Positions 20,903-31,264 of a stretch of DNA of 64,000 nucleotides are shown one piece after another; position 1 is the stretch's first letter, and every line of letters begins with the position of its first letter. Below the pieces are notes generated by a model. The model made no database searches, was not told where the DNA came from, and saw nothing but the letters and a program-made list of their open reading frames with translations. The stretch is from Chloropicon primus (lineage: Eukaryota): assembly GCA_023205875.1 (NCBI GenBank), contig CP060758.1:682001-746000 (forward strand), given 5' to 3'. Made by a program: the position numbers and the translations under genes.

Positions 20903-21266
20903 AACCCTTGAAACGCTCCTTCGATCTATCGACCCCTCCGTCCCAACTCTCCCTCCTCGGAGGCGTCCCCTTCCCCTCTCTCCCCCGCTCCGATCGATCG
21001 TCGCGATTGACAGGTGCCAAAAAAGGGGTTTGGTTTTTTGGCGGGTAGTTGAGTCAAGCCCGCGAGAGAGAGAGAGAGATCTGGTTGGTTTGGGGGCGAA
21101 CGATCGATCGGCGATCGTAAAGGGAGGGAGGGGCACGAGAGGGGGAGAGAGGTTGTCTCCCGATCGTGTTCTGTGTCGGGTTTCCTTTCTTTTTCTTTGA
21201 ACAACAAGTAGCGTTCATTCATTTGTTCATTCATTCAATCATTCTCTTGTTGGGCTGTTGTTCGCC

Positions 21267-21663
21267 ATGGTGAGGGGCGTGGGGTTGTTCTGCCTGCTGG
21301 CGATAGTGTGTCTCTTGGTGGGCGCTGTCGCCGCGGAGGACTACTACAAGACGCTGGGGGTCTCGAGGAGTGCGTCGCCGGCGCAGATCAAGCGCGCGTA
21401 CAGGAAGCTCGCTGTGGAGCTCCACCCGGACAAGAACGGGGGAGACGAAAAGGCCACGGCCAAGTTCGCGGACGTGAACAATGCCTACGAGGTTTTGAGC
21501 GACCCGGACAAGCGGAGCATCTACGACCGGTACGGAGAGGAGGGACTGAAGCAGCAGGGCGGAGCGAAAGGAGGCGGGGGAGGTACGGGGCGCGACTTGC
21601 GACGACGAGGGACTCCAGCAGCAACAGGGTTTCCCGCGAGCACGTTCTTTATTGACGACGTTT

Positions 21664-21699
<36 letters not shown>

Positions 21700-22466
21700 G
21701 TCATCCACCAGGCGACCCTTTCGACATCTTCAATTCTTTCTTCGGCGGCGGCGGCTTCGGGTTCGGGTTCGGCGGAGGCCAGCAGCAGACGGAACCGGAG
21801 ACGCCCAAGGGAGAGGACCTCGTCATCGACTTGGAGTGCACCCTCGAAGACCTTTACGTCGGCAGGCAGGCGACGATAAAGAGGACGAAGACGGTGACGG
21901 AGAAGGCCCCGGGAAAAAGGCAGTGCAACTGCAAGAGGGTCTTCAAGACCCAGCAGATGGGACCTGGCATGTTCCAGCAGATCTTGACCACGGAGTGCGA
22001 CACATGCGACAACATAAGGTTCGTGCCCGAGGACATCTCCCTGGAAATCGAGGTGGAGCCCGGCATGGCGGAGGGCGAGATCATCAGATTCTTCGAGGAG
22101 GGCGACGCGATCATCGACGGGGACCCAGGGGACCTGCTCTTCGTGGTCAAGGAGGTCGACTCCCCCGCCTTGAGCGAGTGGTCGAGGATGGAAGGCACCA
22201 GCCTCGACCTGAAGCTCAAGCACTGGATCACCCTCAAGGAGGCTCTCCTCGGGTTCAGCCACCAAGTGAACCACTTGGACGGCAACCCCTTCACCCTCTC
22301 CCAGGACGGGGTCGTGCAGTACGGCCAAGTCACCAAGCTGTCCGGCCAGGGCATGCCCAGCAAGAACAACCACAGGAAGAAGGGAGACTTGTACGTGGAG
22401 TTCATGGTGAAGCTCCCGGAGAAGCTCACGTCCGAGCAGAAGAAGCACTTTGACAAGGTGCTCTGA
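21267..22466 (+). CDS. ER-luminal DnaJ co-chaperone (ERdj3/DNAJB11-like); intron 21583-21711
   Basis: Signal peptide, J domain with HPD, G/F region, CNC/CDTC, DnaJ C-terminal domain; in-frame 129-nt CT-rich intron. Confidence 0.92.
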
Positions 22467-22512
22467 TCATGCCATTCTTTGTGTCCAACGTATATTATAA
22501 GTTTTATAATAA

Positions 22513-23388
22513 TTATTCAACCCTTTCCTTCGAGTTGAACTCCAGGGTCGTGCTCCGGATTTCACCGGTGGAGAACCAGGACTGGAGGTCCTCGCAGTCG
22601 CATAGCATCGCCCCGTTGAAGGCCACGCAGAGCCAGGCCGAGTGCGTGACGACGACAATGTCCTCCTCGGGCCTGTCCTTCAGCCACCACAAGAAATCCA
22701 GCGCCCTCTTCACCGCGGCCTGGTCGCTTTCCCTGACCTTCCCCCACTCGTTGAACACGGCGTCGTCGAGAGCCTCGAGGTCCTCCTCCTTGGGATCCCC
22801 CTCGACGGGCAACTTCCCGTCGTGCAAGCCAGAAAAGTCGACGTGCGTGAATTCCCTCGACCTGAAGCCCGCCTTCACCCTTCTGTCGCACCTGTGCTGG
22901 CCCATGATCTCCCTGCAGTCCTCGTGCGCCACGAAGGGCACGGTGCCCGCCAACGAGGCGAAGCCCAAGGTCGCTGTCTGAAGCGTCCTCATCAGGGGGG
23001 AAACCACCACGACCTCCGGCGCCTGCCCCAAGTCCCTCTGGCTCTTCGCGTTGAGCTCGTTCGCCTGCTCCGTCCCAAGGTCGGTGAGACCAGGATCCAC
23101 TGGACACGTTTCGTGCTCCCACGGGTTCCCCTTCTTGCCGAGGTCGAACCACTTGGTGGAGTGGACGTTGTGGTGCCCCTCCCCGTGCCGTACGAAGTGC
23201 ACGCGCTTCGTTCCCTTCGCGATCGGACCCAGACTCGCCGTCTTCCTGCACCGCACGACCCTGTCCCCCGTCCCCTCCCTCCTCATTCGCCTCAGAGTCG
23301 TCATCCAGTTGTGTATCCAGTCCTCCTCCGCCTTGTGCATTGCAGGACCTTTCGGACCGTACTGAAACTTCGGCGTCCTCGTCACCAT
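22513..23388 (-). CDS. Phosphoglycerate mutase-like histidine phosphatase
   Basis: FVRHGEGHHN, LTDLG, VSPLMRTLQT, CDRR, VVTHS. Confidence 0.92.
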   Translation of the reverse strand: MVTRTPKFQYGPKGPAMHKAEEDWIHNWMTTLRRMRREGTGDRVVRCRKTASLGPIAKGTKRVHFVRHGEGHHNVHSTKWFDLGKKGNPWEHETCPVDPGLTDLGTEQANELNAKSQRDLGQAPEVVVVSPLMRTLQTATLGFASLAGTVPFVAHEDCREIMGQHRCDRRVKAGFRSREFTHVDFSGLHDGKLPVEGDPKEEDLEALDDAVFNEWGKVRESDQAAVKRALDFLWWLKDRPEEDIVVVTHSAWLCVAFNGAMLCDCEDLQSWFSTGEIRSTTLEFNSKERVE

Positions 23389-23687
23389 ATTAAATACAAC
23401 CACCTTTCCGCAGCAACCCCCAATCTTGACCAGACACCACCGCGACTCGCGAGAGAACTCCTGTACTCGATCTCGATGCCCCTCGATCCAACAACAGCTG
23501 GAAACGAATGATAAATCGAACGATGAGCTTGAGCTTGAGGTATGATCCCACGAGTGCGAGAGAGAGTTAATCCCCCCGATCGATCCCTTCCAAGGGGAAG
23601 GACGCGTCCTGCGTATCCACCTTCCGTGTGACGAGATTCTCCAGCCTCACGCCAACACTTTCCTTCGTCCTCGTCCTCGTCCTCGTC

Positions 23688-23699
23688 TTTGGCGCCAAA
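23688..23699. promoter_or_regulatory. Palindromic E2F-like site TTTGGCGCCAAA
   Basis: Perfect 12-bp palindrome resembling the E2F TTTSSCGC consensus on both strands, in a divergent intergenic region. Confidence 0.35.
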
Positions 23700-24110
23700 A
23701 GGTCGTCGTCCCTCAGCGAGTGCAAAGCTTTACATGGCGGCTCTCTCGGCTGCAGACTTTCGCTAACCCGAAGGTGAGTGTTTGGACCGGGTGAACGCGA
23801 CGAGGGTGATTGGGTCGAAGTGGAGGAGACCACCATCGAATGGTTTATCTCATTCTGTTTCGAACGAGCGGTCGCTTGGAAGAAATGGCGCCAGGATGAG
23901 CTTGTGAGGAACTGAACTGAAACCTTTTCTCTGTTTTCCTTTGTTTTTGTCCACAGACTTTGGCTCCTCGGGAGGAGTGTCCTTCCGCCGGCGGTGGCTC
24001 TTGGGGTCCTTAGCTTGCTGAGCACTTTTGCTTTCCTCGGCTTGGCTTGCTTCCCGCGTTCGCTCAGAAGGTGGTGGTGTTGCTGTAGACCAAGGAGGAC
24101 TTTTTTGTTG

Positions 24111-25868
24111 ATGGCCACGCAGGCGTGGAGGCGAGGCGCCTCGTCTCTGTTGGGCGCTGGAGGAGGTGCGGCGAGGGCACTGGCGCTGTGGAGGGAGGGG
24201 GGGAGGGCGGGGGCGAGGAACCCGCTGCGTGGGGCGAGGACCCTGTCCGAAGCCGCGGGAGCTGGGAGGGCCACCGGTGGAGGAAAGCTCAAGTACGGGA
24301 CCCTCGGGGCGCTCGTTCTCGTGACGGGCTACGGCTTCGCGGGCTACGGCTTCTACGACAGGTTCAGGTCGAAGGAAGACGGCGAGGGGGTCGGCGGAGA
24401 CGGGGAGGGGATCGTGAACTGGTCGGGAACGCACGCTTGCACGCCGGTCAAGTTGCACGAGCCGGAGACCTTGGAGGAGCTCGAGGCGCTCGTGAAGAAG
24501 TGCCACGAGCAGGGGCGGAAGCTGAGGCCGGTCGGGAACGCCTTGAGCCCCAACGGCATCGCCCTGAGCGACCACGAGATGGTAAGCCTGGCGATGATGG
24601 ACAAGGTCCTTGCCGTCAACAAGAGGAAGAGGCAGGTGACGGTGCAGCCTGGCTGCTCGGTGGGCAGGCTCTGCGGGGAGCTTAGGAAGCGCGGCCTCGT
24701 CCTGGAGAACCTCGCGTCCATCGCGGAGCAGCAGGTGGGAGGCTTCCTGCAGATCGGGGCCCACGGAACCGGGGCGGCGATTCCCCCGGTCGAGATGCAG
24801 GTGGTGGAGATGAAGGTCATGACCCCGGGCGAGGGTCTGGTGACGGTGAGGAGGGACGAGGACCCAGAGACGTTTCGCATGCTGCAGTGCGGCTTGGGAA
24901 TGTTCGGAGTCGTCTGCGAGGCGACGATCCAGTGCGTCCGCACCCACAAGCTCCTGGAGCACACGTTCACCCTCTCCAAGGACCAGATCCAGAAGCAGCA
25001 CGCCGACCTCATCAAGAAGCACAAGCACGTCAGGTACCACTGGATACCCTACACGGATGACGTGGTCGTGACGACGTGCGACGATTACACGCTGTGGAAC
25101 CGGTTGGGCTACGGGATGGAGAAGGCGGCCACGTACAGCGACGAGGAGAGGCTGAATCCCTTGAGGAGTTTGCTCCTGGAGTCGGGGGAGAGGAGGCCGG
25201 AAGACCTCGCGGGCCTGTCCTTCGCGGACCTCAGGACCATGCTGCTGGAGAGGAACTCCCTGGACGTCAACCACATCAAGAGGGTGAACCAGGCCGAGGC
25301 GGAGTTCTGGAAGAGGAGCGAAGGGTACAGAATCGGGTACAGCGACGAGATACTCCAGTTCGATTGTGGCGGACAGCAATGGGTTCTCGAGATGGCCGTG
25401 GGTGCTGGGACGCTAGAGAGGCCATCCTACGCCGACGTCGACTACGTGAGGGAGCTCCTGGAGGAGATCGAGTTCCGGGAGATCCCGGCCCCGGCTCCTA
25501 TAGAGCAGAGGTGGACTGCGAGCAGTCAGGCTGTCCTCAGCCCCGCTTCCTCGACGGACCCCTCGAGCATCTTCTCTTGGATAGGGATCATCATGTACTT
25601 GCCTCTGAGCGACCTGAAAGCGAGGGCAAAGGTCACCGAGGGGTTCAAAGCGTACTCGTCCTTGATGCGGAGCGTCCTGGAGGGCCTTGAGGCCCAGGAG
25701 CACTGGGCGAAGATCGAGCTTCCCTCGAACCAGGAGGAGAGAGAAGACGTGGTGAAAAGGATAGCGAGGAGGTACCCGGTCGAGAAAGTGAGACAGCTTC
25801 GGTCGAGGTTTGACCCAAAGAACATACTGGGAAGCGACATGTTGGACGAGCTCTTTGGATTATTGTAA
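24111..25868 (+). CDS. GLDH: L-galactono-1,4-lactone dehydrogenase, mitochondrial (ascorbate synthesis)
   Basis: NWSGTH, RPVGNALSPNGI, GAHGTGA, FDCGGQQWV, PAPAPIEQRW, HWAKIE; mitochondrial presequence. Confidence 0.96.
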   Translation: MATQAWRRGASSLLGAGGGAARALALWREGGRAGARNPLRGARTLSEAAGAGRATGGGKLKYGTLGALVLVTGYGFAGYGFYDRFRSKEDGEGVGGDGEGIVNWSGTHACTPVKLHEPETLEELEALVKKCHEQGRKLRPVGNALSPNGIALSDHEMVSLAMMDKVLAVNKRKRQVTVQPGCSVGRLCGELRKRGLVLENLASIAEQQVGGFLQIGAHGTGAAIPPVEMQVVEMKVMTPGEGLVTVRRDEDPETFRMLQCGLGMFGVVCEATIQCVRTHKLLEHTFTLSKDQIQKQHADLIKKHKHVRYHWIPYTDDVVVTTCDDYTLWNRLGYGMEKAATYSDEERLNPLRSLLLESGERRPEDLAGLSFADLRTMLLERNSLDVNHIKRVNQAEAEFWKRSEGYRIGYSDEILQFDCGGQQWVLEMAVGAGTLERPSYADVDYVRELLEEIEFREIPAPAPIEQRWTASSQAVLSPASSTDPSSIFSWIGIIMYLPLSDLKARAKVTEGFKAYSSLMRSVLEGLEAQEHWAKIELPSNQEEREDVVKRIARRYPVEKVRQLRSRFDPKNILGSDMLDELFGLL

Positions 25869-25914
25869 CGGTGAGGTAATAATTGTAAAACTGCAGCACG
25901 GGGTTATTCAACAC

Positions 25915-26835
25915 TTAGACGACGGCTTTCTCTTCCCTCTCCCGCTCCATAAAATCTGCGGAGAAGACTTGGCCGAGAGTCTTTTGCTCTTGAATGACCC
26001 CAAAGTACAAGGCCTGCGAGAGCAGGATGAAGTTGAGGGCCGCGCCCGATCCGAAGCTGACGAGCAGCAGGGGGTCCCCATGCGCGAGCTCCACGGTCGT
26101 GAAGCACTTGATCGCGCTGCCCACCAAGGCGGAGAACGATGTGACTGGGCTATAGTCGCACCCCTTCCGCTCGAAGTTCAAGCGAATTTGTGGGAGCAGG
26201 GCGCCCTTCTGCGTGAGAACTGCACCCGCCTGCGCAACCTTCAGGGCGTCCTCCGATGCCGCCGTCACTCCCCACGTCACCCCAACTGCAAGCGCTGCAA
26301 GCCCCCCCCAGAACTTGGCCTCAAAGCCCTCCTCGAGCTTCTCCTCGCTCGTCTTGAAGTACGCGATCAGGGCGAGGACGAGTAGAGACTCCGCCGTCAG
26401 GATGGCCGTGTCTCCGAACTGGGCCACTGGGAAATCGTTCCTGATCGCGTAGACGAGGAAGATCGAAAAGCCGGCCGCTTTGAACCACCACGTGCTGAGG
26501 GAGAGGCCCTCCGCTTCCCTTTGACGGGCAACTCGGACTGCGACCGGAGCGTAGAGAAACACGCTTGCGACAGACAGCGCGTACCCCAGCGCGGTGGCCA
26601 CCTGCCTCTTGGAGTCCACGTCGAGGAAGGCTCGCGCTCTCCAACACCACGCACGACGACGACGTAGACGAAGACGAAGATGATCTCCTCCTCTGCAAAA
26701 CCATTGATCACCACTGCTCGCGCTCTTCGATTCGCATCGCCGTGTCCGAGGCCCCACGCCGAGCGCAGGCCCGCAACCAGATACGGACGCCGAACACGAC
26801 GCTTCAAGCCCCACAACGCTCCCTGCTCGTTGCAT
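25915..26835 (-). CDS. PQ-loop membrane protein (MPDU1-like) with N-terminal extension
   Basis: LGYALS...YAPVA...EGLSL, FPVAQFGD, LLPQIRLNF, GDPLLL; multiple TM helices. Confidence 0.75.
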   Translation of the reverse strand: MQRAGSVVGLEASCSASVSGCGPALGVGPRTRRCESKSASSGDQWFCRGGDHLRLRLRRRRAWCWRARAFLDVDSKRQVATALGYALSVASVFLYAPVAVRVARQREAEGLSLSTWWFKAAGFSIFLVYAIRNDFPVAQFGDTAILTAESLLVLALIAYFKTSEEKLEEGFEAKFWGGLAALAVGVTWGVTAASEDALKVAQAGAVLTQKGALLPQIRLNFERKGCDYSPVTSFSALVGSAIKCFTTVELAHGDPLLLVSFGSGAALNFILLSQALYFGVIQEQKTLGQVFSADFMEREREEKAVV

Positions 26836-27003
26836 TCCTCTTCCTCTCTCGGAGCCCAACGCTGCTCGAGGCAACGCTGCCACCAGGAGATCTATCTCAT
26901 CCGATTCTCCAGTTTCTCAAAGATGAGATTGTGGTTGCCGAGGCCTCGTCGACAGTTTTGTGGTTGGAGGATCGAGGAGGTGTTTGGGAAGACAAGACTC
27001 TGT

Positions 27004-29031
27004 TTATGCGGTCTCTCCTCCCTCCTCGGTGTTCTGCTTTTGATTGAGTTTGGAAAACCTAGCTTCGAGGAGTTCAAGCCTTTCCTTGATGGTGTACTTG
27101 CCGGGGGTGAAGTGAGTGACTTGGTGCGCGGTGAAGTCCACGGCTGGCGATGCTTCGGCGCTGTCCACCAAGCGTGACATCGGAGAGAGGAAAAAGTCTG
27201 TGTCCGGAGACTCGTGAGGCTCAGGTGACTGGAGCCTCCCAGCCATAACCATCTTCGTGGTGCTCCCCACGCCCTCCTGATCCTGATCCTGATCCTGATC
27301 CTGGTGCCGCTCCCCGTTCATCGCTTTGTCCTCCCCCTCCCCGACGCCACCCGATTCTTGCCAAGCCCTCGTCTTTTCGTGGGAGCGCTTGGCAATCGAT
27401 TTCACGACCTGGAGCTCGCGTTCCAAGTCGCCGAGCTTTCTCGACGTCTGATCCGATCGAACGGACTTCGGGCCAGGCGCGGAGCCCTGATCATCCTGGA
27501 TCGAGTCCGCAAAACTCTTTGTCTTGAACTCGAACAGCACTGGCGTCGACCGAGACGACTGGGGCGAGAAGCTGGGAGCGTTGTCAGAGACGGTCTTCGT
27601 GTGCGAACGCAGCGCTTGCTGCCTGCTGAGCTCCTTCTCGGCGACAGCCTTTTCCTTGGACAGCCTTGAAACCTTGAAGGACATCTCCTTCACCGTCTCT
27701 TTCAAGATGCCCATCTCCTCTACCCGCTGAATGCACTCCCTGCGTTGACCCAAAGCGACCGCGAGAATGGATAGGTAGACCTTGAGGAAGGCTCGATTCT
27801 CTGGGCCGAGAATGTTCGTGCTCATGTTCACGATGGTCCTCTCGATCTCGTCCAGGGCGTCGGAGGAGTCCAGGGAGCCAAGATCGCTCAAGGTGTTCAT
27901 CTTGGACACTTGCGAGCAAAAGGCGTTCAGGGATTTGAAGATGCCTTTCAGGTGAGCCGCTTTCTTCTTGAACGTCTCGTTCTGGAAGGTAAGGGTGTCC
28001 GCCCTCGATTGGGTCTCGCTCAACTCCCGCCTCACCGCGGCGAGCTCTGCCCGCTCCTCCTGGCTCGTCTGAATGAGCAAGCGCTCGCGCTCCTCCTGGG
28101 CCTTCACGGTCAGGCTCAGACCTTCAATCTCCTCCCTGATCATCTCCAACCGTCTCTGGTTCGCCAGGTCTTCCGTCGTCGTCTCCGCCGCCGCTGCCGC
28201 TGCCGGCATTCTCTCCGACAGCACGGGGTTTGCCAACTTGCTCTTGAGAACGCTCGCGTCGTCGAGCTGGGAACTCAGCCTTATGTCCTTGATGTAGTCC
28301 AAAAGGAGTTGGTTGTCCTTCTTCTGTGCCTCGACTTGCTCTTCCAAAGTGGAGCACATTTGCTTCTGGTTTGTGAGCTCCACGAGAATCTCGCCGCTCT
28401 CCAGGCCGAGGGACAGGGCCTCGTTGTCGATCAGCTTCCTGACCTCGTTGAGGGACTCTGAGAGCAAGATGTTTTCCTCTATCTGTTTCTTCAGATCCCT
28501 CTGGAGCGACTCGTTGTCGTCCAATAAAACAGAGAGCGATGCACTCAACTCCTTCATCCTTTCGGTGTCATCCTTCGTGTTGAGGGAAGCCTGGAGGCGG
28601 GACTCGAGCCTGCCAACGTAATTCTGCAGCATCTGGCACGTCTTCGCGGTCTTCTCGTTTGCCTTCTCGAGCTGAGAAGCCTTGGTTCTCAGCGTCTTCA
28701 GCTCCTTGTCCTTCGACTTGAGTGCCTGGTTCGCCGTGTTGTACCGCTTCGAAAAGTCCGAAGCCCTCTTCTCGGCCTTGTACAGACGCTCTTGGAGCTT
28801 CGCCATCGCCGCCCCCCGATCCGCTGTCCCGTTCCTCGGTCTGTCCAGGCTTCTGTTCTTTTGTTCCCTCAGGAGCTGATCGATTCTCAGCTTCTGGGCT
28901 TTGAGCTCAATTGCTTGTTCGAGGACTTTCTCCGCGAGAATGTGTCCATCTTTGGCCTCCTCCTCGTCAGAGGTCGACGCCCGCGGCGAACAAGACGCTC
29001 GGTCCTCTCCTTCCCCTTCGACAGCCACCAT
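27004..29031 (-). CDS. Long coiled-coil protein of unknown function
   Basis: Uninterrupted ~675-722 aa ORF rich in heptad E/K/L/Q; start either 29031 or 29172. Confidence 0.75.
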   Translation of the reverse strand: MVAVEGEGEDRASCSPRASTSDEEEAKDGHILAEKVLEQAIELKAQKLRIDQLLREQKNRSLDRPRNGTADRGAAMAKLQERLYKAEKRASDFSKRYNTANQALKSKDKELKTLRTKASQLEKANEKTAKTCQMLQNYVGRLESRLQASLNTKDDTERMKELSASLSVLLDDNESLQRDLKKQIEENILLSESLNEVRKLIDNEALSLGLESGEILVELTNQKQMCSTLEEQVEAQKKDNQLLLDYIKDIRLSSQLDDASVLKSKLANPVLSERMPAAAAAAETTTEDLANQRRLEMIREEIEGLSLTVKAQEERERLLIQTSQEERAELAAVRRELSETQSRADTLTFQNETFKKKAAHLKGIFKSLNAFCSQVSKMNTLSDLGSLDSSDALDEIERTIVNMSTNILGPENRAFLKVYLSILAVALGQRRECIQRVEEMGILKETVKEMSFKVSRLSKEKAVAEKELSRQQALRSHTKTVSDNAPSFSPQSSRSTPVLFEFKTKSFADSIQDDQGSAPGPKSVRSDQTSRKLGDLERELQVVKSIAKRSHEKTRAWQESGGVGEGEDKAMNGERHQDQDQDQDQEGVGSTTKMVMAGRLQSPEPHESPDTDFFLSPMSRLVDSAEASPAVDFTAHQVTHFTPGKYTIKERLELLEARFSKLNQKQNTEEGGETA

Positions 29032-29266
29032 CGTAAGATGCCCTCTTGCTCTTGTCTTGGAGGCAGCTCGAGGAAAATCAGTGAAACGGGGAGGAAGAGG
29101 GACCGAACAGTGGTGAGGGTGAAGAGAGGGTGAGGATGCCCAAGGTAACCCCGACCAGTCCTTCTTGTTCATTCGCCACTGCTAGCCAGGAGAGAGAGAG
29201 AGAGAGAGAGAGAGAGATCAAACACGAATGAAACACTTAAATTAAACTTGATGAAACAAAGAGAGT

Positions 29267-30874
29267 CTAGTGGCGGGGAGCTGAGGCTGCTTGCCGAGCA
29301 CTTGCGGTGATCCTGGTGTTGGACTTGAGCTGGAAAACGGGCATCAGCAGGTTGGCTTCCTTGCTATGGATGTACTCGGCCAGCTGATTGCATATCCTGA
29401 CGGCCCCACCCGCGTCTACGAGACCGTCAAAGGTGGCGTAGAGGTCAAAGTCAAGGGAAATGCAAGCAATCATTGCAAAGGACCCGTTCTTTCTCCACCT
29501 TACGGTCATCCCGTCATAGCTCGCCGATCCCATCTCCTGGTAGGCTCTCATGACCTTCTTCTGGCTCTTCCGGTTCACCAGAGGCGGGGTTCCTAGCCTT
29601 GGGCTCAGCAGCTGGCGCAGGCCTTTGTGGTAGTACACGTAGTGCCACAATGGAGTCTCACCCATGAACCCTCCCCCCGCGCTCATCGGGAGCTCCGCTA
29701 TCTGCAGCTCTGGCTCCCTTATCGCGACGTCAAGCCCCCTCTTGACTTTCTCTTGGGCCAGGAAACCTTGCACAAACAATTTCGCCTCGGCCAGCTCGTG
29801 GAACGAGTCTGCCCTTCCAGAGATCAGAGCCAGGCACACGTTCTCCGTGACGTAAGACACGTAAACGTACAGGAAAGCGCTTGCGTTGAAGGAAGGGAAG
29901 CAGAATGGCGTAAAGGATTCGCTCTGCTTGAACGAGTCGTTCAATCGGACAAAGTTCATGAAAAGAAACAAGTCTTTGTGATCCAGCTTGAACCTCTTCC
30001 TCTTGCTGATGCAGATCACCCTGTCCTCCGTGAACAGCATCGAGCACATAAGGTCCGGGACGAAACACCCCTGAAGGCACTGGGCTATCGACTTCCTCAG
30101 GTCCAAGTCCAAGGGCAGGGGGGCCACCCCACCGAACATCACGGGGAGGGCCCACGAGCCGCTGTGGATCACGGACCGAAGCAACGGCCCCGTGCCATTG
30201 AGCAGCTTCCTCATGTCAAAGTTTGCCGATCGCGAGAAGGCCCTCTCGATGCCGAGGGTAAGGATCGAGATGAATTGCGAGTGCAGGAGGTTCAACTGAG
30301 ACTTGATCACCTCCGTGGGCTCGTTCGTGCGCGACACGGCGACAAAGGTGAGCGGCCCCTTCTCGAGGAAGATCGCCCTCAAGCCGCCGCCAAACGAGAC
30401 CACCTTGCCCTTCTGGGCCCCCCTCCCTTCCCACCGCCCACGGTCCCTCTTGTGGACTCTGCCCTGAATAGAAACAAGCCTGTCGCTCCACTTGTCCCCC
30501 ACGAACGAGATGATGGCCTGAGCCGCGGCGAAGAAAGTGCTCATGAGATGCTCGTCCCCATAGCGAGAGAAGATCGGCTTCCCCGCATTGCTGAACACAA
30601 ACATGTGCTTCTTCCTCCTCTTCCAGGACGCCATCGTGCTGTCCTCATCAGGCGCTTTGTTGACGAACCTGTTCTGGTAGCTGCTGCTCGTCGCCTCCCT
30701 CTCCCTCCCACCCTGCTGCTCCATTCTAGCCATACCTTCCTCGACCTCCTCCACAGTCAGTCTCGGCGTCCCCGTATCCGCCATCTCCGCCTCTATCACA
30801 TCCTCCTCCTCCTCCTCCACGCCCTCCTCCTCCCTCACCACTTCCTCCTCCTCCTCCTCGTCCATCATGATCAT
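29267..30874 (-). CDS. MON1: Vacuolar fusion protein MON1/SAND (Rab7 GEF subunit); may have extra short upstream exons
   Basis: KHMFVFSNAGKPIFSRYGDE, NFDMRKLLNGT, SESFTPFCFPSFN, LWHYVY. Confidence 0.93.
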   Translation of the reverse strand: MIMMDEEEEEEVVREEEGVEEEEEDVIEAEMADTGTPRLTVEEVEEGMARMEQQGGREREATSSSYQNRFVNKAPDEDSTMASWKRRKKHMFVFSNAGKPIFSRYGDEHLMSTFFAAAQAIISFVGDKWSDRLVSIQGRVHKRDRGRWEGRGAQKGKVVSFGGGLRAIFLEKGPLTFVAVSRTNEPTEVIKSQLNLLHSQFISILTLGIERAFSRSANFDMRKLLNGTGPLLRSVIHSGSWALPVMFGGVAPLPLDLDLRKSIAQCLQGCFVPDLMCSMLFTEDRVICISKRKRFKLDHKDLFLFMNFVRLNDSFKQSESFTPFCFPSFNASAFLYVYVSYVTENVCLALISGRADSFHELAEAKLFVQGFLAQEKVKRGLDVAIREPELQIAELPMSAGGGFMGETPLWHYVYYHKGLRQLLSPRLGTPPLVNRKSQKKVMRAYQEMGSASYDGMTVRWRKNGSFAMIACISLDFDLYATFDGLVDAGGAVRICNQLAEYIHSKEANLLMPVFQLKSNTRITASARQAASAPRH

Positions 30875-31264
30875 GCCCTAACGCAAACCCACGGCGAAAG
30901 GACCGGCTGGCTTCCCAACCCAGTCCACCGAGTGAACAAAACCCACGGGGTTCGGCTCCAGGGCCACGTCCGCCACCGCCTCCTCCTCCACCGCGTCCTC
31001 CGAGGCAAAGGAAGAGCAACAAGAAGAAGAGGAAGAGCGAAGAGCGAAGAGCGAAGCACTCCTCTCTCTCTCTCTCTCTGTCTCTTCCCGCGCAAAGTTG
31101 GCGGTGATCTGCAGAGGGCGCTTGGAGGTGGAGGCGGGGTGTGGGACGTGGAGTGGAGTGAGAGTGAGAGAGAGCGCACCTCCATTCTCGCTTCGAGAGG
31201 GATTTGGATCGATTGACCTCGCCTCGCCTCCTGCCTTGGTACGTGGACGGAGCGGGGGGACGGG

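Noticed and set aside
21583..21711. Apparent LSLSLS insertion in the DnaJ protein
   Set aside because: It is an in-frame, stop-free GT-AG intron containing a CT microsatellite.
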